Shown one piece after another: positions 1-7,578 of a stretch of 35,292 nucleotides of DNA. Every line of letters starts with the position of its first letter. Positions within the stretch are counted from its first letter, which is position 1. Source of the DNA: Halodesulfurarchaeum sp. (GTDB lineage Archaea > Halobacteriota > Halobacteria > Halobacteriales > Halobacteriaceae); contig JBDGUI010000004.1 of assembly GCA_042216015.1 (NCBI GenBank), forward strand, positions 1-35,292. The letters run 5' to 3'. Both the position numbers and the translations under genes were made by a program. The notes under the pieces were generated by a model. It was not told the origin of the DNA. It saw only the letters and a program-made list of their open reading frames with translations, and searched no databases.

Positions 1-174
1 TTCGAGCCAAGAAAGACAAATCCAGAGAGCGGGAGAGTGCCTGCTGTCGATGCTGAATACGCGCTTTCTATTCAGCAACGTGGGAATGTTCAAATTCAGA
101 TATTGTCAATACGTGGCTGCTGCATTCAGCCCATCTCTCGCCCAAATTGTGTATCGAGAAGATGGCCCAGAACA

Positions 175-436
175 TCAGGGCGGAAGGTGACGGTCGTAGA
201 TATTCCGCCGATGGCCGACTGCTTCGACGACCAGAACATCATCCTCTCGGTCCCACGTGATGATTGCACGGTAGTCGCCGGCCCGAAGCTTGTAATACGG
301 ATACCCGATGAACTTTTCGAGGCGATGAGCGGTCCAGGCTTTCACCTCGTCGAGCTTTTTCCCCAGTCGCTCTAGCGCAGTTGATTCGAGTCCGTCAAGC
401 AAATCGAGGGCTTCCGGGGTCCACTCGATTAGTCAT
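175..436 (-). pseudogene. relE: RelE/ParE-family toxin, apparently frameshifted just after its start codon
   Basis: RelE-like motifs YYKLRAGDYRAII and VEAVGHRRNIY. The ATG at 436 overlaps the antitoxin end but is 1 nt out of frame with IEWTPEALDLLDG. The longest intact ORF (175..402) starts at an internal TTG. Confidence 0.75.
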
Positions 437-707
437 CGATACCGAGGCGGTCCTTCACTTCGTCTTGCGACACCGTCTCGCCCTGCTCGGGCTGTTTGCG
501 GCTTTCGGCCAGGTGCTCCAGTGCTTCCGCGGAAAGTTGCGTCGGGGGATTGACGGCGTCCCGAAGGGCGTCACGGATGAACTCGGACTTGTTCGCGTAA
601 CCGCGTTCCTCCCAGACCTCGTCGATTTGCGTCAGCAGCGACTGTGGCACCCTGACGTTGATTTTCTCCATCTCTCCGTCACCGCCGGAATCGCTTTCGC
701 TGCTCAT
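429..707 (-). CDS. Ribbon-helix-helix (CopG/MetJ-like) antitoxin
   Basis: EKINVRVPQSLLTQIDE...YANKSEFIRDALR is an RHH pattern; acidic C-terminal tail; directly upstream of and overlapping the RelE-like gene. Confidence 0.85.
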   Translation of the reverse strand: MSSESDSGGDGEMEKINVRVPQSLLTQIDEVWEERGYANKSEFIRDALRDAVNPPTQLSAEALEHLAESRKQPEQGETVSQDEVKDRLGIDD

Positions 708-712
708 ATAGT

Positions 713-730
713 GTAATACGCTTGTATCAC
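713..730. promoter_or_regulatory. Candidate autoregulatory operator of the toxin-antitoxin pair
   Basis: GTAATAC-N4-GTATCAC imperfect inverted repeat immediately 5' of the antitoxin ATG. Confidence 0.5.
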
Positions 731-1163
731 GTAAGTAGTTTCGGATAAACTCTAAAGCCAGTGGCTTTCGTCACTTTTCCAGTGTAGTAACCGCGCACCC
801 GCCGTGATCCAACGAGGGGAATGCACGGAAATACCGGTGCCGAGAACAATGTAACCTCCGTCGACACCCGGCGTGTGTAAACGAAATCAACACAACTCGC
901 CGGACATGCGATAGATGCTCCAGGAGTAGCGGACGAAACACCGTCTTAGGGTATGAGCGTCTAAAACGACCATTTCATCTCGCCACTGTTCCGCTGAGCT
1001 CGTGAAGACGAAGTCCAATTTCCAGACAGTCCCTCGGAGTGCTGATCAGTTCGCGCCAGATGGAGTGACCGGGTCAGAGGACACCGATGGGGACTCCAGA
1101 GCACGGGTGACCCGTGATACCTGTCTTCTCACCTTTATCGTTTCAATCGACCAGTCGACATCT

Positions 1164-1604
1164 ATGACAAACGTCGGTGGCCCCGGATTCTTCTTCCTGG
1201 TCTCTGGCCTCGTGATGCTGGCCGGAGCGCCGGTCCTCGTGGCCACCTGGTTGGGGATGGTCCGCTATCTCCATCTGGGCGTGGTTCGGACCCTTGGGTT
1301 CGTCACTGGTGGGATGTTCGTGTTGGGGCTCGTGATGGTCACGCTCTGGTCGATGCCCCTGCTCCTCGAGGAGTTCACGCCGGACGCCCTGACGTACCTC
1401 TGTATCTACGTGGGTACGGCAATCGGCGTCATCGGCGACACCGTTGACAGATGCCGAATTCGACATCGCCGTCTTCGATACCGTGGGGTTCGAATCCTCA
1501 CTGGACACCGCTCTTGCCAGAAAGCGAGCAGCCGAACCGGAACTGGTGCCGTATCTCCTGTTGCTCCCCGAGTCCTCGGACGAGTCGCTTGCCTTCGACA
1601 CTGA
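1164..1604 (+). pseudogene. Small membrane protein, probably 3'-truncated and running out of frame into the kinase gene
   Basis: TTTATC at ~1134 lies 25-30 nt before ATG 1164. About three hydrophobic segments run to ~1435, then an Arg-rich tail that is the off-frame reading of the kinase. Confidence 0.45.
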
Positions 1605-3507
1605 CGTCGAGCGACCACAGGAGATCTCGGCCTCGATCGACGCGGTCCTCTCGATGCCGACGACGAAGACCGGATTCGCCTGGCAGTTGAACAATCTGGC
1701 CCGGCTGCGACGGCAATCCCAGCAACTCGCCACGCGAGAACGACAGATTCGTTCGAAATATCGGAATTTGGTCAATACTGCTCCCGATGCCGTGCTCGTC
1801 GCCGACGCGGAAACGGGTGAGATAATCGAGACGAACCCGGCCGCAGAAGAACTGGTGGGATACGCACGAGACGAGCTCCAGGGGCGAGATATTTTGACCC
1901 TGCATCCTTCAGCGGAGCGGGAACGGTACGAGCACCTCTTCAGGGCACACCTCTCCGAAATGGACGGTGACTCTGCCACCCGCAGCCGTTTCTCGGATGG
2001 GGGTCGTATCTACGTGACGACAAAAGATGGGTCCAGGATACCGGTCGAAATCAACGCCTCTGTCTACGAATTCCAGGACCAAACACTGGTCACGGGCATC
2101 TTTCGGGATATCAGTGATCGAGTCGACCGCATCGAAACGTTGCAGTCGTTCAAGGAGGCCGCTGAGACCACCGACGTGGCGATCTTCTGGACTGACCCCG
2201 ACGGCGTCATCCAGTACGTCAATCCCGCCTTCGAGAACCAGACGGGGTACGCAGCCGAGGAATCCGTCGGACAAACGCCCAGCATCCTCAATTCCGGTTA
2301 TCACCCGGATACATTCTTCGAGGACCTGTGGGAGACGATCCTGAACGGTGAGACGTGGGAAAGCGAGATGGTGAATGAACGAAAGAACGGGGAGCGCTAT
2401 GCCGTCCAGGAGACGATTGCGCCCGTTGTGGGTGAAGACGACCACATCGAACGGTTTGTCGCCGTCGCTGTGGACGTGACCGATCGAAAGCGGCGCGAAG
2501 ACAAGCTCAGACGGCGATCACGAGCGCTTGAGGCTGCCCCGGTCGGGATCCTCATTACCGATCCCGAACAGGACGACAATCCCATGATCTACGTGAACGA
2601 CGCCGTCGAAGACCTCACGGGATACAAACGCGAGGAGTTGGTCGGCAAGAACCCCCGAATTCTCCAGGGCGAAAACACCGACCCGGATAAGGTAGCCGAA
2701 TTCCGGACGGCCCTCGAGAACGAGGAACCGGTAACCCTCGAACTCCGCAACTACCGAAAGGACGGAACGGAGTTCTGGAATCGAATGGCCATCGCTCCGG
2801 TGCGTGATGACGAGGGGACCGTGGTGAACTGGGTCGGTTTCCAGCAGGACGTTACCGAGCGAAAACAGCGGATGACCCAGCTCAACGTGATGAATCGAGT
2901 GCTGCGACACAACATGCGAAACGATCTGAACGTCATCCGGGGCAGAGCTGAACTCCTCGCTGGGAACGTTTCGGGGGCGGACATCGATAGCGTCGAGGCG
3001 ATCAAAGAGAACAGTTCGAGATTGATCGATCTGGCCGAGAAGGGCAGAGAGCTCACGACGCTCCTGCGAGACCGTCCCACGCGGGAAGAGATCGATATCG
3101 AGACGCGGGTTCGCACGGTGGTGGCTGCAATTCGGGAAGACCATCCCCACGTGGACATCACAGTCACCACAGCGGGGAACACGGTTGCAACCCCCTCGAC
3201 CGAGATCGATCGGGCCATCCGGGAACTGATCGAAAACGCCATCAGACACACCGATCGAGAGGACCCATCTGTGACGGTCGAAATCACCGGTCAGGACCAA
3301 TTCGTCGAGGTCGAAGTCCGGGATACGGGACCGAGGATTGACGATGCGGATCGGGGCCTTCTCCTGGGTGAGGACCCCTCGCAACTCCAGCACGGGAGCG
3401 GTCTGGGGCTGTGGTTGGTCAACACCATCGCGACGAGGTCCGGCGGATCGGTATCGTACGAAGAAAATTCACCCCGCGGAAATCGTATTCGGTTGCGACT
3501 CCCGTGA
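1444..3507 (+). CDS. PAS-PAS-LOV-like sensor histidine kinase with a partial N-terminal receiver-like domain (likely 5'-truncated)
   Basis: Three PAS domains; the third is LOV-like (DNPMIYVN...GKNPRILQG...NYRKDGTEFWN...GFQQDVT). H-box RHNMRNDL, N-box ELIENAIRH, G2 GSGLGLWLV. Begins at a TTG in mid-domain. Confidence 0.85.
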   Translation: MTDAEFDIAVFDTVGFESSLDTALARKRAAEPELVPYLLLLPESSDESLAFDTDVERPQEISASIDAVLSMPTTKTGFAWQLNNLARLRRQSQQLATRERQIRSKYRNLVNTAPDAVLVADAETGEIIETNPAAEELVGYARDELQGRDILTLHPSAERERYEHLFRAHLSEMDGDSATRSRFSDGGRIYVTTKDGSRIPVEINASVYEFQDQTLVTGIFRDISDRVDRIETLQSFKEAAETTDVAIFWTDPDGVIQYVNPAFENQTGYAAEESVGQTPSILNSGYHPDTFFEDLWETILNGETWESEMVNERKNGERYAVQETIAPVVGEDDHIERFVAVAVDVTDRKRREDKLRRRSRALEAAPVGILITDPEQDDNPMIYVNDAVEDLTGYKREELVGKNPRILQGENTDPDKVAEFRTALENEEPVTLELRNYRKDGTEFWNRMAIAPVRDDEGTVVNWVGFQQDVTERKQRMTQLNVMNRVLRHNMRNDLNVIRGRAELLAGNVSGADIDSVEAIKENSSRLIDLAEKGRELTTLLRDRPTREEIDIETRVRTVVAAIREDHPHVDITVTTAGNTVATPSTEIDRAIRELIENAIRHTDREDPSVTVEITGQDQFVEVEVRDTGPRIDDADRGLLLGEDPSQLQHGSGLGLWLVNTIATRSGGSVSYEENSPRGNRIRLRLP

Positions 3508-3750
3508 GTACAGCCAGTCCGGGTTTTTCTCTTGGTGGACTGGGTGGCTTCTCTCTCGTGTGACAATCCTCGATACGCTCGCCCATTTCAGTATCGAGGG
3601 CCGTGGACGACCTCATTCATCCCATTCGTGTCCGAATTGTGTGAAACGTTCGGAGTACTGCATCGAGTTCAAGCTGCATTGGTATCGGCATCCCCCCAAC
3701 GGCGGATCGGGTTGGCAGATCGCAGACCGGCCCACAAAAACCAATAGACC

Positions 3751-3758
3751 TTTTATTT
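3751..3758 (+). promoter_or_regulatory. TATA box of permease 1
   Basis: TTTTATTT lies 23-30 nt upstream of the GTG at 3781, consistent with a leaderless transcript. Confidence 0.5.
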
Positions 3759-3780
3759 CCGCTCTTATTGGCTGTAATCC

Positions 3781-6177
3781 GTGTCTAAAGAACGAACCAG
3801 CGTCGAGACCGAACTGGATCGGGACATCGGCATCGTCGGGGCGGTGGCGCTGGGAACCGGTACGATGATCGCCGCCGGCATTTTCGTTCTTTCAGGACTT
3901 GCAGTGAGCAATGTCGGTGCGATGGCCATTCTTGCGTTCGTCCTCGCGGCCCTCGTCGCCTCCTTTACCGCCTTTGCCTACGCCGAATTTGCCTCGATCT
4001 ATCCCGAGTCGGGCGGTGGCTACGCGTACGTGGCCAATACGTTCGACTCCGATGTAACCTACATCGTCGGGTGGTCGATGATCCTCGGCTATCCTGCAAG
4101 TGCGGCCTTCTATCTCGCCTCGTTCTCACACTGGTTCGACCAGTTCATCGTCCCGCTGTTTTCCAAAGGACTCCAGGCGACCGTCCCATTCTGGGTCTCG
4201 GGACTCATCATTCTCGCCCTCCTCATCGGCCTCAACCTCAAGGGGACCGAGGAGTCCAGTCAGTTCCAGATCATCGTCACAGCGCTCAAAATCGGGCTCA
4301 TCCTCGTCTTCCTCTACGGCGGTCTCCAGGCATTCGATGCCGCAACGATTCAGGGATCCGTCATGGAGCACTTGACGAAATTTCGGGAGATCGGGTTGAC
4401 CAGCGCACTGGTCTTCATCACGTTCTTCGGGTTTGAGGCGATTGCGACGAACGCCGAGGAGATCGAAGACCCCGGTCGGAACGTTCCCCGGGCTATCTTC
4501 ATCTCGATGGGGTTCGTGACGATCGTCTACTCGCTGGTCGTGCTCGTGGTAACACTCGCCATCAACAACCCCGAGTACCTTCAGCTCCTCGTCAGGGTGG
4601 TCGGCGATGTTGCTGATGCAACAGGTGCCCAGGGATTCATCGAAACGAACGGCGAACTCGCGATGGCATACGCCGCCTCGTTCTATCTCGGCGATCTGGG
4701 CTTTTACGTCATTATCGTCGGGGCACTGTTTTCGATGCTTTCGGCGGCGAACGCGACGATTCTCGCCGGATCCCGAGTGAAATTGGCGATGAGTCGCCGC
4801 GATCACCTCCCAAACCGGTTCGAGGCGTTGCACGAGTCGTTCAATACACCCTACTGGTCGGTCACGCTGACCGGGGCCCTTATTCTCTTCTTCATACTCT
4901 TTTTCACGGTATTGCCGGGAGCGCTTTTGGGAACGACGACGATTCAGACCGGCATCGTCACGTTTCACATGGGCATCAGTGCGATTGCCCACTTCGCGGA
5001 TTTCATGCTGTTGACCGGCTTGATCGTCGTGAACTTCGCCGTCGTCCGATCCCGGCAGAAGTATCCCGACATCGATCGGGGGTTCGAGGTACCCGCGGTT
5101 CCCTACGTCCCGATTATCGCCGTCCTCGCGAACCTGGTTCTCGTCGTCAACGTCGAGCCCGGGTCGTTGATAATCGGGCTACTGGCGGAGGCAATCGGGG
5201 TCCTCGCCTGGGTGACCGTCATTGGGACCCCAAGCGAGGCCGACATCGAACGGGACACGCCGACGGTCGTCGAACAGTCCGCATCCGAAGAGCGGGACTA
5301 TCAACTTCTCGTCCCGATCGCAAATTTCGACCACACTGCACAGCTCATGCGCACCGCCCGGGACATCGCCGCCGACAAGGACGGCGAGATCCTGGTACTC
5401 TCGGTCGTCGAACTCCCCGAGCAGACGCCACTCTCGGCGGGGCAGGCAAAAGCCGACGACCGGCAAGAGATATTGGAGGAAGCGATGGCTGTCGAGGCGG
5501 GGGGCGGGGATTCCGAGATACCCGTCCATGGCATCGTTCGCATCGGCCATCACGTCGATCAGGCCATCCTGCATACGATAACCCAACACGACTCAGACAC
5601 GGTCCTGATGGGGTGGCACGGGGAACCGGCCCGACGGCGAGACGTCGTTCTCGGGACGGTCACCGATACGGTGGTCCAAGAAGCCACCTGTGACGTCCTC
5701 GTCGAACGGTTGGGGAGCAGGGAGCCACCGGAGTCGATTCTCGTCCCGACTGCGGGGGGTCCGCACGCGAGCTACGCCGCCGAAGTCGCCCGGGCGATCG
5801 CACACAGTACCGGAGCAACGGTCACTGCAATGCGAGTCATTCCCCCAGATAGCGACGAACGTGACCGGACGTTCGCAACGAACCTCCTCGAAGAGACGTC
5901 GAGCATCCTCGGAGATGTTTCGTCTGAAACACGACTAGTGGAGGGAGAAGACGCCGCCGAAACGATCGTGACCGAATCGTCGGACTACGATCTGACCGTA
6001 ATCGGTGCGACTCGTGAGGGGCTGCTTCAGAAACTCGTGTTCGGATCGATTCCAGAACAGGTCGGACGGGACGTAGCGGGCCCCATCATCATGGCAAAGC
6101 GAAACCTTGGAATTACTTCAAAAATTCGAAGGGTTTTCTCGCGGAACGAATCGCGAGAAACCTACGACCAACAGTAA
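3781..6177 (+). CDS. APC-superfamily (amino acid permease/CCC-like) transporter with two C-terminal USP domains
   Basis: TM1 GTMIAAGIFVL, YAEFASIYPESGGGY, FFGFEAIATNAEE; about 12 TM segments; USP-like LLVPIAN and ILVPTAGGPHA...GATREGLLQKLVFGSIPE. Confidence 0.9.
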   Translation: MSKERTSVETELDRDIGIVGAVALGTGTMIAAGIFVLSGLAVSNVGAMAILAFVLAALVASFTAFAYAEFASIYPESGGGYAYVANTFDSDVTYIVGWSMILGYPASAAFYLASFSHWFDQFIVPLFSKGLQATVPFWVSGLIILALLIGLNLKGTEESSQFQIIVTALKIGLILVFLYGGLQAFDAATIQGSVMEHLTKFREIGLTSALVFITFFGFEAIATNAEEIEDPGRNVPRAIFISMGFVTIVYSLVVLVVTLAINNPEYLQLLVRVVGDVADATGAQGFIETNGELAMAYAASFYLGDLGFYVIIVGALFSMLSAANATILAGSRVKLAMSRRDHLPNRFEALHESFNTPYWSVTLTGALILFFILFFTVLPGALLGTTTIQTGIVTFHMGISAIAHFADFMLLTGLIVVNFAVVRSRQKYPDIDRGFEVPAVPYVPIIAVLANLVLVVNVEPGSLIIGLLAEAIGVLAWVTVIGTPSEADIERDTPTVVEQSASEERDYQLLVPIANFDHTAQLMRTARDIAADKDGEILVLSVVELPEQTPLSAGQAKADDRQEILEEAMAVEAGGGDSEIPVHGIVRIGHHVDQAILHTITQHDSDTVLMGWHGEPARRRDVVLGTVTDTVVQEATCDVLVERLGSREPPESILVPTAGGPHASYAAEVARAIAHSTGATVTAMRVIPPDSDERDRTFATNLLEETSSILGDVSSETRLVEGEDAAETIVTESSDYDLTVIGATREGLLQKLVFGSIPEQVGRDVAGPIIMAKRNLGITSKIRRVFSRNESRETYDQQ

Positions 6178-6267
6178 CCGTTCAACTCCCCTCCATCTGC
6201 TGAGGTGTCATTCGATTCGTTCATCGCTCCCCCGGGAACGAGTCGGCCAGACTGCTACTGGCCCCCG

Positions 6268-7011
6268 TTACTTCCCTGTGAGTGCGTGCAACGTCTCCGC
6301 TGAGACCCCATTTCGAGTCAAAAGCGTCAACCGATCACCTGGTTTGAGGTCCGTATTCCCCTGTGGTGTGATCGTTTCTTCATCTCGTTCGATCGTTATC
6401 ACGAGAATCCCCTCTTCGAGTAGACCGGCTTCACCCGCCTCGGCCAGTGACTTTCCAGCGATGGGTGCCCCTCCCTCGATGACTATCTCGACGACGTTGG
6501 CACTTCCTGAAAGGGACGTGACATTCGTGATGGGGGAGGTCGATTGCTCATCCGCGGTACCGAACGGAGCATAGGGTCGGTAATGTTCCCGGTGGACGAG
6601 GTCCTGGTCCTCGATTTTCACGCCCATCGCTTCGATGTCCTCTCCGATTCGCGTAATTTCATCCGTATCCGTTCCAATAGCCGTCACCAGAATATCCTCC
6701 CTTCCCGCCATTACTTCACGGACGTGGATGACACCCCGAACGTTCATAATTCGCTGGGCGAATCGACTTCTATCGGTGTCGGTGGTGCTACACGTGAATT
6801 GCGTCGTGAGCCGACCCTCGACCCGCTCGTAATTGATGTGGGCGTGATACCCCTCGATCACGCCGTTTTCTTCCAGTTTGGTGATCCGGTTCCTGATGGT
6901 CGGAGCCGAAACGTCGAGTTCGGCCGCGATGTCTGGTGCTGAGGTATGCCGGGCCTCTTCGGCAAGGCGATAGAGTATTCGTCTATCGATTTCATCGATT
7001 CCAATGCCCAT
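6268..7011 (-). CDS. Lrp/AsnC-family transcription regulator with C-terminal TrkA_C (RCK_C) domain
   Basis: IDEIDRRILYRL...IAAELDVSAPTIRNRITKLEENGVIEGY is an AsnC HTH; C-terminal APIAGKSLAE...VITIERDEETITPQGNTDLKPGDRL is RCK_C. Start taken at ATG 7011. Confidence 0.9.
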   Translation of the reverse strand: MGIGIDEIDRRILYRLAEEARHTSAPDIAAELDVSAPTIRNRITKLEENGVIEGYHAHINYERVEGRLTTQFTCSTTDTDRSRFAQRIMNVRGVIHVREVMAGREDILVTAIGTDTDEITRIGEDIEAMGVKIEDQDLVHREHYRPYAPFGTADEQSTSPITNVTSLSGSANVVEIVIEGGAPIAGKSLAEAGEAGLLEEGILVITIERDEETITPQGNTDLKPGDRLTLLTRNGVSAETLHALTGK

Positions 7012-7161
7012 ATATGCAGATCTACAACGGTTTTGTATTATTACTTTAGTAGTTTTATCGAAACGCAATAATTTGACGCTCTCCGCTGGCAGGTGATCTT
7101 CCCCCCACGGGTGAAAGCACGATAAAGGGCGGCGCGGCCGGCACTCCACACCTTTAACGAA

Positions 7162-7190
7162 TGAAAAATTTTCCAGGAAAAATATTTTCC
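7162..7190. promoter_or_regulatory. Two adjacent Lrp/FFRP-like boxes upstream of a TATA box
   Basis: TGAAA-AAT-TTTCC (7162-7174) and the perfect GGAAAA-ATA-TTTTCC (7176-7190); ATATTAAT at 7210-7217. Confidence 0.5.
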
Positions 7191-7243
7191 CTCCCAAAAT
7201 GCCTTCCGAATATTAATGAACTCTCGATGAAAACGTGCTCACA

Positions 7244-7501
7244 ATGATGATACGCCGAGACGGGGACACACGTCTCCGGAGGCGGTCGAAACCCTCGAAC
7301 TGGCCAGGTCCCGTGCCAGTATCATGGAACGATCCTCGAGTTCACCAAACCACGATATCGCCGGTCTGGGGACGGTTCGCGACGTCCCTCTCGAACAATT
7401 CCGCTGCGGAGTTAACCGCTGAGGACGGGCTCGAACGGCGGTCACGGGCCGTTCCACCACACGAGGACGTTGGATTTGCGTGGCTCGACCGAAGGAGATG
7501 A
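7244..7501 (+). CDS. Hypothetical 85-aa upstream ORF
   Basis: ATG about 27 nt after the TATA-like ATATTAAT; its TGA overlaps the next ATG (ATGA 7498-7501). No recognisable family. Confidence 0.3.
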   Translation: MMIRRDGDTRLRRRSKPSNWPGPVPVSWNDPRVHQTTISPVWGRFATSLSNNSAAELTAEDGLERRSRAVPPHEDVGFAWLDRRR

Positions 7502-7578
7502 TCCCGAAGGCGACGTTCGGACGGGATATCGACGCAGTATCGGGTCGGCAGGCAGCTCTCGTGTTCATCCACACATGA
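7498..7578 (+). CDS. 26-aa bridging micro-ORF (MIPKATFGRDIDAVSGRQAALVFIHT)
   Basis: ATGA overlap at both ends (7498-7501 and 7575-7578). Confidence 0.3.
   Translation: MIPKATFGRDIDAVSGRQAALVFIHT

Noticed and set aside
740..1130. Intergenic stretch examined for IS ends, tRNA or ncRNA
   Set aside because: No terminal inverted repeats, cloverleaf or convincing structure seen.
7012..7197. N-terminal extension of the Lrp regulator
   Set aside because: Runs through AT-rich promoter DNA from a TTG; the HTH starts right after ATG 7011.
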